Shown here: piece after piece, positions 37,960 to 47,739 of the stretch
Layout of the letters: each line of letters begins with the position of its first letter
How positions within the stretch are numbered: the stretch's first letter is position 1
DNA from: an uncultured virus (IMG/VR IMGVR_UViG_2579779168_000001)
Lineage: Duplodnaviria > Heunggongvirae > Uroviricota > Caudoviricetes
Length of the DNA: 64,000 nucleotides
IMG/VR virus record: IMGVR_UViG_2579779168_000001
Strand: one strand, 5' to 3'
The notes under the pieces: generated by a model
What the model was told of the DNA's origin: nothing
Database searches by the model: none
What the model saw: the letters and a program-made list of their open reading frames with translations, nothing else
Made by a program: the position numbers and the translations under genes

Positions 37960-39521
37960 GCCTCAGCCTCTTCGGTTTCCTCCTCGTCCGTCTCAGGTGC
38001 CGGAGGATCGTTCTCGCCAGGTGCCGGAAGCGGCACGTCGTCCACATCCAAACCGGCGTAGGGCGATTCATCATCGCTGGCGAGGCGCTTGCGAACCTCA
38101 AGAGGGTCGAGCACGCCGGAGTCGATGTAGACGGCGTCGGTGTCCGCCTCCGCCTTTCGCATCTCAGCCTTGGCCTTGTCGTCGAGGCTCCAGAGCGGTT
38201 CGAAGACGAAGCCGATATCGGGGTCGACGTCGCCGAATTCCGACATCTGGATCAGGTTGATAACCGTCGTCAGGTGCGGGCGCAGGAACTTCTCCTGCAG
38301 TGCCTCGATCCCGTCATAGTAGACCCGGATCTCGCCCTCGGACGATGCATTGAGCCCCGACGGCGTGATGCCTGTGAACTTCACCAGCGGGATGCCGGCA
38401 ACCGAGCAGATGTGCTCCTGGCTCTGAGCCTGCAGGTGGTCGAGCGTGCCCAGCGGGGTGGAGACGTTGAAGAACTCCTCCGCCGGGTCGTTCGGACCGG
38501 CACCCTTGTTCAGCACCATCGTTCCGCGGTTGTCGCGGAGGTTGTTGAAGAGCTCGACGCGGCGGAAGAGCCCATCGGCGTCGACATTCAGCACATTGGC
38601 CAAGTCGATCTTGATGCCGCTGACCGAGAATGAGCTGATAAGGTCAGCGACGCTCTGCCGGGTCCGTAGCCAGTTGTCGACATAGGGCTTCGCCATCTGC
38701 GACATGCTGAGGCCGCCGAACGAATAGGCCGGCTTCAGAAGGTCAGGCACCTCCCGAGCGATGAAGGTCAGCAGCCGGGTCGCATGGACCTTCTGCCCCT
38801 GCACGTACCAGGCGGACGGCTTGTACCAGCTCGGCTTGAGCGGATTGCTCGTCTCGTATTCAGCCGGATAGCACCAGACGGCCTCGACGGTTCGGAAGCC
38901 TTTCAAGGCACCCTTCCCGACTTTGGCCTTCGTTACCGTGTCGGCGCCGTTGCCGATCGGGGTGGCGAGCTCGGGCCCCTCGGTTTGTCCGAGGTCGGCG
39001 AAGAGGTGCGCCCGGCCGAAGAACCCATCCTGCTCCGTGATCCTCTGGAACAGCTCCTTGACGCCGAGCTCCTTGAGCTTGTCGCCAATGGCCTTGATCT
39101 TGGCGGCCTTGTCGTCCCCGCCGGCGGCCGTGATCCGAATCCACTGCCGGGTCGCCTCGGTCGCGATGATCTCCGAGATGCGGCGAAACTCGGGACGCTG
39201 GGCGAGCTCCGACAGGTGCGGGAACCCGAGCCACGCCATTCCCTCGTTGTAGAGCCCGGCTGCCGCCTGCTGAATCGCCCAGGACTGGCCCGGCAATGCG
39301 CTTTCGTCCATCGCCATGCCGTTCGACGGCAGAACGCCCGCAGGAGGCGGGAGGATCTTGAACGGATTGACCTTCTCGGCCTCTGGCTTGGCCGGCGGGA
39401 TGCGCGACCGCGCGACGGTCTCAGGGCTCACCGCCACGGGCTTGCGCGGCTGTTCGGTGGCAACCACAGGCGCTGGCTGCGGCCCCGCGATCCACGCCGC
39501 GATACGCTGGCGGAGGCTCAT
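37956..39521 (-). CDS. Portal protein (DUF1073-like)
   Basis: LAQRPE, PAYSFGG, IPLVKFTGITPSGLNASSEGE; follows terL. Confidence 0.9.
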   Translation of the reverse strand: MSLRQRIAAWIAGPQPAPVVATEQPRKPVAVSPETVARSRIPPAKPEAEKVNPFKILPPPAGVLPSNGMAMDESALPGQSWAIQQAAAGLYNEGMAWLGFPHLSELAQRPEFRRISEIIATEATRQWIRITAAGGDDKAAKIKAIGDKLKELGVKELFQRITEQDGFFGRAHLFADLGQTEGPELATPIGNGADTVTKAKVGKGALKGFRTVEAVWCYPAEYETSNPLKPSWYKPSAWYVQGQKVHATRLLTFIAREVPDLLKPAYSFGGLSMSQMAKPYVDNWLRTRQSVADLISSFSVSGIKIDLANVLNVDADGLFRRVELFNNLRDNRGTMVLNKGAGPNDPAEEFFNVSTPLGTLDHLQAQSQEHICSVAGIPLVKFTGITPSGLNASSEGEIRVYYDGIEALQEKFLRPHLTTVINLIQMSEFGDVDPDIGFVFEPLWSLDDKAKAEMRKAEADTDAVYIDSGVLDPLEVRKRLASDDESPYAGLDVDDVPLPAPGENDPPAPETDEEETEEAEA

Positions 39522-41071
39522 CGCCGGCCACCAGCCGCCGCACGCGCCAAGACCTCGTCGCTGATAACCAGAGGACCGCGCACGCTCATCAGCTTTCCGA
39601 ATGCCCCCGAGCTCGCGTCGACCTGGTCCTTGAAGGCACCGCCTGGGAACAGGCAGAGCTCGTCGAGGTAGTCATCGTTCCATTGGCCGCGGACGAGATA
39701 GACGTTCCCGGCCTCGCACTGGGCTGAGAACGGCTCCGCGCGAGTAATTTTGTCGCCAGTTTCAGGTTCCGCCTGGGCGACAAAGCCTGCGAGCATCGAG
39801 ATCATGTCCTTGCTCTGAACCTTGCCGGCTTGGCCGGGGTCCTGAGGAAGGCTGATCTTGACTGCACGGCCGTCGCTCTCGGCTGTGGCTTTGATCAGCC
39901 GCCGGACCGCGGGCCCTTCAATCTGGTCCTTCACGACATGCCCGACGATAAACGAGCCATCAGGCGCCCGGCCCAACTTCACGCCGGCCGTCCTGGCAGC
40001 AGTCGCGCTCTCGGTTGCCGCGAGGTCCCAATGCCTAACCCACGTCGTACCTGCGGGCGCGGCTTCTAAAATCTTGTCCGCGAACCAGTGGCGCTTGAAC
40101 ATGCCGCCTTCACGCGGTGAGGGGCGCTGCTGATATTGGCCGGCGTAGGCATAGCTGCCCTTGGCGCGTTTCAGTCGCTCGACCTCTTCACGAGGGAAGC
40201 GTTCTGGGAACAGCAATTCGCCGTCTTCGGTCCGCGGATCCTCGAAGAACAGTTCGCCAGCCACATATGTGCGGCAGGGTCCACTCGTCACCTTCCCGGT
40301 TTGGTCGATGCGCTCCGCTTCGAATTCCATCGGCAAGTTCAGGTGCACGAAGCCCAGATCCAGCTCAAGAGCGACCGCGGCCACGTCCTGATGGTGCAGG
40401 CGCTGCATGATGATCACCATCGCCGACGACGTGATGTCGTTCAGGCGATCGGAAATGCCCTCGCGGAATATTCTGACCGTGGTCTTGCGTTCGGCATCGC
40501 TCTCGGCCGTTTCGGTCGAGTGCGGGTCGTCCACCTTCACGCGGTCGCCGCGGCCGCCTGTCATTGAACTGAAGGGGCGCGCCTCGCTGAAACCGTTACC
40601 CGTGTTCTCGAACTTACCCTTGGCGTTCTGATCGCCGCGCAGCCTCATCGGCCAAGCCGCCTGGTACTGGTCGCTCTCGATGAGGCGCCGGAGCTTCAGG
40701 TTGTCGCGCAGCACGTTGAGCTGGCTGTACGACGTGGCGAGCGTCTGCAGATCGGGGCGACCCACCGGCCCCCACTCCCATGCGGTCCAGAAGACCATCA
40801 GGAGCGACTTCATCATGCCAGGCGGAACAGTCATCAGCAGAAATTGGATGCGGCCTTCTGTGACAGCCTCCAAGTGCTTGCACATGGCCCGGAGAGCCCA
40901 TCCGAATTTCAGTGGCCGGGTGGGTTCCAGTATCCGCCAATGCTCCTTGATGAAGCCCTCCAGTGTCTGAGAGCGGGCCCGGATACCTTCGACGTCCTCC
41001 GCGATGCGCTGGCGCTCGCGCTCCTGCTCCCGCCTACGCCTCTCCGCCCTGATCTCCGCCAGCGTCGGCAA
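39518..41071 (-). CDS. terL: Terminase large subunit
   Basis: VPPGMMKS Walker A variant, TGGRGD..VDDP, MQRLH, YQQRP, WDLA, DQVDA; start uncertain (TTG 41071; ORF open to 41131). Confidence 0.93.
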   Translation of the reverse strand: MPTLAEIRAERRRREQERERQRIAEDVEGIRARSQTLEGFIKEHWRILEPTRPLKFGWALRAMCKHLEAVTEGRIQFLLMTVPPGMMKSLLMVFWTAWEWGPVGRPDLQTLATSYSQLNVLRDNLKLRRLIESDQYQAAWPMRLRGDQNAKGKFENTGNGFSEARPFSSMTGGRGDRVKVDDPHSTETAESDAERKTTVRIFREGISDRLNDITSSAMVIIMQRLHHQDVAAVALELDLGFVHLNLPMEFEAERIDQTGKVTSGPCRTYVAGELFFEDPRTEDGELLFPERFPREEVERLKRAKGSYAYAGQYQQRPSPREGGMFKRHWFADKILEAAPAGTTWVRHWDLAATESATAARTAGVKLGRAPDGSFIVGHVVKDQIEGPAVRRLIKATAESDGRAVKISLPQDPGQAGKVQSKDMISMLAGFVAQAEPETGDKITRAEPFSAQCEAGNVYLVRGQWNDDYLDELCLFPGGAFKDQVDASSGAFGKLMSVRGPLVISDEVLARAAAGGRR

Positions 41072-41489
41072 GCGGACCGAGGATCGCCTCAAGGCTACCG
41101 AGCTCGTCATCTGAGAGCTTGGTGAGGTCATAGGTGCCGATTGATCCGGAGTGCTTGTGCTTCTCGACGATGAGCCCGAACAGCTTCGCTTTGCCCATGG
41201 AGGCAGCGACGGCGGCGCTGGACTGCTTCTCCGCGATGGCGAGGACGCGGGCCTCTTCCAGCTCGCGGGCGATGCTTTCGACCGTCACCTCGACCTTGCG
41301 CGCGGCCTTGGATTGCAGCTCCAGAACTCTTGCTGCGACCTTAGCATCTGTTAGCAGGCGTGAGGCGCAGGCTTCGGCGGCCTTGTCAGAAGCCCCGTAT
41401 CCAGCGGCTTTGTAGGCGACGCGAGCTGCTAAGCCCTTAGCAATCGCCTGGGCGAATGCCTCGTGTCGGTTGTTGCGAAGGACTGGCAC
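41034..41489 (-). CDS. terS: Terminase small subunit
   Basis: RHEAFAQ...AYKAAGY...ASRLL...VAARV; overlaps terL. Confidence 0.88.
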   Translation of the reverse strand: MPVLRNNRHEAFAQAIAKGLAARVAYKAAGYGASDKAAEACASRLLTDAKVAARVLELQSKAARKVEVTVESIARELEEARVLAIAEKQSSAAVAASMGKAKLFGLIVEKHKHSGSIGTYDLTKLSDDELGSLEAILGPLADAGGDQGGEA

Positions 41490-41492
41490 TGG

Positions 41493-41714
41493 TCAATCCG
41501 CGCTCCCGAGATCGCGTCCGGTCACTGCATCAACGACCCGAGCATACGACTTGATGAAGACGTGCGGGCGCCGCAGCCCTTCCGGGAACTCGGGATGCCA
41601 CACGAGGTCTTCGATCACTCGCGCCTCAGCCTTGGACATTCTGCCCTGCTTGACGAGGTCGTCGACGAGCTCAACCGCACGGCCAGCGGGGCTTTCCGTG
41701 TGGAGGAGCTTCAT
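41493..41714 (-). CDS. Hypothetical protein
   Basis: ORF abutting terS. Confidence 0.5.
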   Translation of the reverse strand: MKLLHTESPAGRAVELVDDLVKQGRMSKAEARVIEDLVWHPEFPEGLRRPHVFIKSYARVVDAVTGRDLGSAD

Positions 41715-41751
41715 GGCAACATCCGGTGAAGGCGAATTGGGGTTCAGTTCG

Positions 41752-41967
41752 ATGCCTGAGACCAGGACCGACGTTGCCGTCGAGGCCACGGCGAAAGCGT
41801 TCCACGAGACTTGCCGTGAGAAGCGGCAATACACCTGGGAGCAATCGAGCGAGGAATGGCGCCGCGACCTGCGAGCTTTTGTTCGGCCGATCGTCGAAGC
41901 GGCGCTGGTCGCTTCTGATGCCTATGTGGCTGCGGCGCTGCCTACGCCCACCAAGGGCGATCGATGA
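41752..41967 (+). CDS. Hypothetical protein
   Basis: MPETRTDVAVEATAKAFHE... Confidence 0.5.
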   Translation: MPETRTDVAVEATAKAFHETCREKRQYTWEQSSEEWRRDLRAFVRPIVEAALVASDAYVAAALPTPTKGDR

Positions 41968-42259
41968 ACGGCTTCCCCGCGATGATGACGACCGGTACGA
42001 CTTCGCAGCCGGCGCCATCATAATCGCCGCTGTTCAGCCGCTCTGTGGCCGTTTCCTTGCTGCTGGCGATGCCGCAAGTGAAAACGCCTTGGCAGTTGTT
42101 AGAAACCGCCCAGGCTCGATGCCCGGCGATGTCGAGAATGTTGCAGATTGGGCAGCGATTGAGTTCGGGCCGGTCAGCATAGACCACGGCTCGCTCGTCG
42201 CGTGGATCGAACCTCATCTCACAAGACTGGCATTCCAGCGTCTTCGGGAGCCGAGGCAT
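41942..42259 (-). CDS. Zn-finger hypothetical protein
   Basis: CQSC...CPIC. Confidence 0.55.
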   Translation of the reverse strand: MPRLPKTLECQSCEMRFDPRDERAVVYADRPELNRCPICNILDIAGHRAWAVSNNCQGVFTCGIASSKETATERLNSGDYDGAGCEVVPVVIIAGKPFIDRPWWA

Positions 42260-42269
42260 TGCATTGACC

Positions 42270-42580
42270 TTCTGCCACTCGCCGGGGACAATCCGGCGCT
42301 GAAACCGTCGGGGCCGTTATCTGGCTGGTCCGAAGCGGACTGCTAGTCGACGAGAGAGCTTGCCCTCCGGCGTGTATGCCCGTGTCTCCTGACACCCGAA
42401 GGGTAGGACTGACCGCGCTCCCGCGCTTCCGGCACGCCCCCATCGCTCCGTCTCTGGCGGATGGGCCTCCGCCCGTTCCCGGGCCTCTCGCCGAACTCTA
42501 AATCTTGCATCGTCGCAAAGGGCCGTTTCGCGCTATGCGCTGGCCGGGAGGTGCCGTTAGCGACACGTTTCGCGACGATG
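42270..42580 (-). ncRNA. Putative structured RNA (late-operon leader)
   Basis: Nested stems 42508-42519/42569-42580 and 42347-42356/42485-42494 with several internal hairpins; no credible ORF. Confidence 0.5.
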
Positions 42581-42699
42581 ACCGATGCATGCCTGCAAAA
42601 CGGGGGTTCGACAACCACCCAATTTCGGCTTCAAATCTTGCGTTGCTACAAGATTATGGAGGTGTAGCGCGAACCTTCAAATGGCAACAAGCTTGGGAA

Positions 42700-44001
42700 T
42701 TAGGCCCCGGCCCAGAGTCGGAGAAGCTCAGTGACCGCATCGCCTGGTTTGATCGATCTCGGCTGAACATGAGCCAGCCCGAGGGCATGCCAGACTTCTC
42801 GCTCAATCGAGCGGAACACCGCAGTGAAGCTTTCCTCGCGGCCATAGACGAAGGGACCTATCGATGCGGGTTGGCCATCCAGCTCGCATCGCTCCTCTTC
42901 CCAATCGTTGATTCGAGAGTGAGCCAATGCGTGGAAGCCCATCACCTCAGCATCAATTTCAAAGGGCACTCCTGGTCTCGATGCCCTTCTTCGCACTGCC
43001 TCCGCCATCGCCAGCGCCTGCGCCGCCGGTGCAACAAGCCAAGCCGGGTTGACGTAGTGCACTTCGGGCTCTGCCCGCGAGGCTACGGCTTCTCGAAACC
43101 CGTACACCTCGATGGAGCCATTATCGCGGATGAGCCACCGAGACGGGCTCTGATCAACGACCTCGACGCCGTGGGCGATTGGCCTCGGGTGCCAGCTGAT
43201 GCGACCGTCCCCTGCGGGAAAAACGGGTTGCTTTTCGAATAACATTCGACCTTCCGGGCGCAGCAACTGCGTCCAGGCATTACGACTGTCGAGATCTTGC
43301 AGCTCTAGCGAGCTTTGCGGGTACACACAGAAACGGAAAAAAATCCCTCTAGGCGGGTTTGGCCATGACATGCGGCAACGACCATGAAGCGCACCCCGAT
43401 CAGCGCTGTCTCGAAGAAAGGCTGACGCCCTCGATCGCTCTTCAGCAATCCGTTCACTACGGGTCCGAGCGTCCCAAAAGACGTTCTGCAAGTCCTGCAT
43501 GGTCATGGGCGCGGCTGCCAGAGCGCGCCTGATATAGCTCGCAGGCGGATCGCCATAGCCGTGCGGAGCTAATGTGGAGCGGTTGACTCGGATGACGACA
43601 ACGCCTGTGTCGTCGCTCTCTGGATCCAGTACAGCATGGCATTCCAAACTCGCCAGCGGCGGGTCGATCACGCTCTGGACCGCCGCTTGAAGCTTCTGAG
43701 CAAGCTCAGTCACCCGCGGGAGCTTCGTGATCCCGCAACACACCCGAGGCGTGGATTTGTCCTCATCTGCTCCAAGAACGAGTGTCCCGCCCCAAGCGTT
43801 AGCGAGCGCCACGATTTCTCGCGCGATCCCGTCTCTCCCGGGCCGATCAAGGTCCTCTCCCTTATGCCACCGGTGCGGGCCAGCACCGTTGGGGACAGAA
43901 AGATCTCGTTTGAATTCAATATCGGCCGTTTCCGAGGTGCCGATCAGGCCAAGGATGTCCTGCCAAGTGATGGCGTTGATCGCGATCGTTGAGATGCTCA
44001 G
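42700..44001 (-). CDS. AlbA_2 (Schlafen-like) domain protein
   Basis: ETADIEFKRD...IVALANAWGGTLVLG...VIRV...APH...YIRR; AGGGGG RBS before CTG 44001 (ORF open to 44217). Confidence 0.85.
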   Translation of the reverse strand: MSISTIAINAITWQDILGLIGTSETADIEFKRDLSVPNGAGPHRWHKGEDLDRPGRDGIAREIVALANAWGGTLVLGADEDKSTPRVCCGITKLPRVTELAQKLQAAVQSVIDPPLASLECHAVLDPESDDTGVVVIRVNRSTLAPHGYGDPPASYIRRALAAAPMTMQDLQNVFWDARTRSERIAEERSRASAFLRDSADRGALHGRCRMSWPNPPRGIFFRFCVYPQSSLELQDLDSRNAWTQLLRPEGRMLFEKQPVFPAGDGRISWHPRPIAHGVEVVDQSPSRWLIRDNGSIEVYGFREAVASRAEPEVHYVNPAWLVAPAAQALAMAEAVRRRASRPGVPFEIDAEVMGFHALAHSRINDWEEERCELDGQPASIGPFVYGREESFTAVFRSIEREVWHALGLAHVQPRSIKPGDAVTELLRLWAGA

Positions 44002-44155
44002 ACTCGATCCCCCTGAAATTATCAGCTCTTGCGCCCTCTGCGCTCTGTTGGTGCACCCGCTTTGAAACTGAGATCGACAGTCTCGATCGAGGCCCAGCGA
44101 ACAGCTCGCGCACGTCGGGCACGGCGTCAACGAGAGGATCGCGAACCAAGTCAGT

Positions 44156-45400
44156 TCACGGGGACTTTGGAAACCAGACCTCGAGCAAGCCCGACAAATC
44201 TCGGCCTGGGAGGACAACTTTCCGCGCCGAGAATTTCGTCTGCGCAGATACTATCGACGCAACGGAAGCCGCTGTCGCAGAGTCAGCGTCGTTGAAATAG
44301 CGGACTTCTCCCTGGGATGGAGCCGCCTTCACTTGCTCGATGCCCTTGGCCACCTTGATCTTCAGGCCGTCGCTAGTCGATGCAACCTTCTCAAGCCTCT
44401 GCTGAGCCTCTTTCGCAGCTGATGTTTGGCCGCTATCTGCGATCTGAAAAAATACGCTCGTGAGCGCAGGGGAACCCGACGGATCCTTTACAACCTTGCT
44501 ATCACTCGAAGTCGCGCTCGCCAAAGCCCCGATCGCCTTGGACACCGCTTCGGCATTCTTCTGAAGGCTATTGTTACCGCCCAAAACCGAAGTAGCCTCG
44601 GCAGTCGCCAATGCAACAGAGCTTTTTCTGATATCGTCGGCGTTTACCCCAGCTGCCTTCTCAAGAGACTTGGCAATATCAAGGCCTGATTGCTTGACCG
44701 CAGCCTCCTCTCCATCCGTCTTTGCTTTCTCAGCAAGAATTGGACACGCAATAGACGCCATCCCGAACAAAGCGAAACCATGGCTCAGTGGTGTGAACAT
44801 CGGGAGACCCAAATTTGAGTCCTTACCCCAAATTACGCCAATTACCGTTCCGTTTTCATCGAAGATTGGTCCCCCGCTCATGCCGGGAACGATATTGTTC
44901 GACATGATGATCTTGCCTAGCTCGCCGAGCCCTCTGTTCGAGACGATGCCGGGAAACATGACCAGGGGATTCGAGTTCCCGATAGGATAACCAGCAGCGG
45001 TGATACCTTGCTCCGCCCTTGGAGCAACGCAGCTCAGCGAGACGCTTCTTGAAATACCAGCGGACCTGACCGAGTCGCTGCTAATGTATAGCAGGCACAA
45101 ATCAAGCATCGGCGACGTACAGTCAATCTTTCTTGCTGTATATCCACTTCCTTCGCGTGTCTTAAGTGATACAGATATTCGATCTTTGGTTTCATCAAAC
45201 AAATTCAACACATGGCGAGCCGTAACAATATAGCCATCGGCACCAATCAAAAACCCAGAGCCGTGATCTTTCTTTTTCCCGTCCTGGTCCTTGATCTCAA
45301 TGTATACTACAGTGTCAGCGAGCTGCGAGAGGCTAGTTTGGGACATCACTGCGGTGCTAACGCAGAAAATCGCCAGAGCAGCCAAAAACAGCTTCAACAT
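44156..45400 (-). CDS. Secreted trypsin-like serine protease with a LytR_C-like C-terminal domain
   Basis: Signal peptide; GSGFLI, TARHV (His), DLCLL (Asp), PGMSGGP (Ser). Confidence 0.88.
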   Translation of the reverse strand: MLKLFLAALAIFCVSTAVMSQTSLSQLADTVVYIEIKDQDGKKKDHGSGFLIGADGYIVTARHVLNLFDETKDRISVSLKTREGSGYTARKIDCTSPMLDLCLLYISSDSVRSAGISRSVSLSCVAPRAEQGITAAGYPIGNSNPLVMFPGIVSNRGLGELGKIIMSNNIVPGMSGGPIFDENGTVIGVIWGKDSNLGLPMFTPLSHGFALFGMASIACPILAEKAKTDGEEAAVKQSGLDIAKSLEKAAGVNADDIRKSSVALATAEATSVLGGNNSLQKNAEAVSKAIGALASATSSDSKVVKDPSGSPALTSVFFQIADSGQTSAAKEAQQRLEKVASTSDGLKIKVAKGIEQVKAAPSQGEVRYFNDADSATAASVASIVSAQTKFSARKVVLPGRDLSGLLEVWFPKSP

Positions 45401-45409
45401 TGGATTCCC

Positions 45410-46288
45410 CTAGATATTATAGAGACCACGAATGCAAGCGAGATCACGGGGGTGGATATTCTTGCCACCGGCTGAGATGAGCTCTCTCCACACTCCGTTA
45501 TCGTCCTTATATTCTCCCCATCCCTCTAGAACGGGATACATCATGACAGAATCCTTGTTGAATTTCGGATCTCCAACGCAGGCGGTAGTCGCGGGTAGCC
45601 TTTGCAATATTTGCTCAGTGGTTGTTTTCGGCGACCACTTATAATCTAGCATATCGGCAATAACTTTCTCGGGATTCCATCGCACTGCCCCGGGAAACAT
45701 GTGTTCATGCTCCAACCCAAGAGCATGACCGAATTCGTGTTCAATTGTCGGACTATATGGATCCTCTAGATTCATTGTCCTCTTGGTTTTCGGCGCAAAC
45801 AAATTTTCACGCCCAACCAAGGAGAAACTACCGATTCCCGAATCGAAAGTGATTCTAATATGCGATTTCTCTTGAGAGGCGGAAAAATCAAATGCAATTT
45901 TTTTTGGGATATTACCCTGCAACCATCTATTAGCACCATCGATCACACGTTGCTGTGTCGCTTGATCACCGGCCATAAAGAAAACGCCGAGCGTGATTTT
46001 GTCACTACTCGGGGTCAATCCATCAGTTGAAAGCCAGCAGTTTTTTCGGAATGCCGTGCCATAAGGGGTCGGACGAAAGTCGACGTCAGCGGGCGTCACG
46101 GGCTGCGTGGCCCCGGAAGGTTGACTACCAGGTGAAATGGGATCTGACGGCAGCTCGTCTTGGCGCAAAAAACTATCTGGCGTCGTACAAACAAACCGCC
46201 GCGAAGGAGCTTGTGCGAGAGAGGGCCCCAGGATCAGAGTTGCGCCTGACATGCATGCGCAACTCTGAAGGAACTGCCGCCTGTCCAT
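45410..46288 (-). CDS. Tat-exported metzincin (astacin/M12-like) metalloprotease
   Basis: MDRRQFL twin-arginine signal; HEFGHALGLEHEH; SVMMYP Met-turn. Confidence 0.9.
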   Translation of the reverse strand: MDRRQFLQSCACMSGATLILGPSLAQAPSRRFVCTTPDSFLRQDELPSDPISPGSQPSGATQPVTPADVDFRPTPYGTAFRKNCWLSTDGLTPSSDKITLGVFFMAGDQATQQRVIDGANRWLQGNIPKKIAFDFSASQEKSHIRITFDSGIGSFSLVGRENLFAPKTKRTMNLEDPYSPTIEHEFGHALGLEHEHMFPGAVRWNPEKVIADMLDYKWSPKTTTEQILQRLPATTACVGDPKFNKDSVMMYPVLEGWGEYKDDNGVWRELISAGGKNIHPRDLACIRGLYNI

Positions 46289-46293
46289 GTCCG

Positions 46294-46644
46294 CTATCTC
46301 GCAAACTGTCCGCGAATTGGGACACCCGCCACAGTCGGAACGCTTTTCGCGCCTGGCGAAGCCTCCGAAGCGACAACGGCCTTGCAGACTGCATCTGCAA
46401 TCTCAGATGCAGTTGAGAGACCCGGAATTGACTTGAGCAATATCTTAAGGAGAGGCTGGGCAGCGGCAACATATTTACAAGTAGAAGAAATTCTTGCCTG
46501 AGCATCCTTAACGATACTGCTCGTGTCCGCCTTATTTTCTGAGGATGCACCCTGCGGCGATCCAGGGATTATTGGATTTTCTTTATTAGGATCGCACGCG
46601 ACAAGAAACAATGCGAACGAACAAACCGACAACTGCTTAATCAT
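46294..46644 (-). CDS. Small lipoprotein
   Basis: LVAC lipobox; GGGGGG RBS; 5-bp gap to the next gene. Confidence 0.8.
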   Translation of the reverse strand: MIKQLSVCSFALFLVACDPNKENPIIPGSPQGASSENKADTSSIVKDAQARISSTCKYVAAAQPLLKILLKSIPGLSTASEIADAVCKAVVASEASPGAKSVPTVAGVPIRGQFAR

Positions 46645-46914
46645 CGCCGCCCCCCCTGATTATTCATTGATATTTCCTTGGGGCATCCAGAGAGTCAACC
46701 ATTAGTTGAGCGCCGGCCATCTCTCCCCCACGGGACAAATTGCGATTGCGCCATCCCGATGCAAACCATAGGCGACGGCGACCGGTTCTCGCGCTTCTTG
46801 AACCATCTCGGCTCGTCGCCTAGCGAGGTGCTTGGGCATGCCCATGACCCGCGGAGATATAGATCCTGAACGCGGACGCGGTTGAGGGGTGCCGGGCGCG
46901 TCGATAAGAGCAGC

Positions 46915-47739
46915 CTATCTGACTGCGACACCTTGACGACGAAGCCCGCCGGCCACCGCCGCCGCGCCGGCCTTCCGCTGCCGATCAAGATTGGTCCGCG
47001 ACAAGCATCGCCCCGGAACTGCCTCATGCGGCTTCACGGCCAAGGGCAGGCAGCCCTCCTCCAGGCATCGCGCGCGGAATACCGACTGGGCATGCGCTTT
47101 GATCTGACCGTGGGTGGTTTTGCTGGCACGGGCCAGGGCGTCGTTCGTGATCTTCGCGACCTCGCGAGCTATCTCGACGCGGCGCTCATAGGCTTCGAGC
47201 ACGGCCCGGTCTCGCGTGTCCATGACCTTGCCATCGTGGAGATGCGGCGGCGCGTTGTGGCGGCGCATGATCTCGTCTGCCAACGCCTTGGCTTTCTTCT
47301 TACGGTGATGGAGCATGGCGGCCATATCGCGGCCAAGCGCGGTCGCATAGGCCCAGAGCATAAGGGCGTCGGACTGCATTGGCCGTCCATCGAGATAGGT
47401 CATCGGCCATTTGAGCGCTTCGTTCATGCGCGAGAGCTCATCGGCCGTCGGGCGCGCGGCACGCTCCTGTTGCCTCTCCTTCTCCGCCAGAGCTCGAGCC
47501 TGAGCGTCGACCAGGTCGGAGAACTCGTGGATCATCGCCGGCCAGCCGTTCGCATGCTGGCGGGGCCCGACGCGGGTGCCGGAGCGGGCGAGAATATCGA
47601 AGGCTTCGACCATGCGGTTCTGGACATGCTCGGGGGTCCACGAAGTTGGGATATCCCCCTCGCCTATCGCCGCGATGCGGCTGGCAAGATCGTCGGCGGG
47701 GCCAAGATATCCGGGGATGGCGATGGCATGTGCGTTCAT
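46915..47739 (-). CDS. Putative late-gene regulator (DUF6362-like)
   Basis: WTPEHVQNRMVEAFDIL...RPTADELSRMNEALKW; last gene of the replication operon. Confidence 0.65.
   Translation of the reverse strand: MNAHAIAIPGYLGPADDLASRIAAIGEGDIPTSWTPEHVQNRMVEAFDILARSGTRVGPRQHANGWPAMIHEFSDLVDAQARALAEKERQQERAARPTADELSRMNEALKWPMTYLDGRPMQSDALMLWAYATALGRDMAAMLHHRKKKAKALADEIMRRHNAPPHLHDGKVMDTRDRAVLEAYERRVEIAREVAKITNDALARASKTTHGQIKAHAQSVFRARCLEEGCLPLAVKPHEAVPGRCLSRTNLDRQRKAGAAAVAGGLRRQGVAVR

Noticed and set aside
37956..39521. Portal as a second Acb1 protein
   Set aside because: No paired HxT motifs; the 2H domain is on the DUF2213 protein instead
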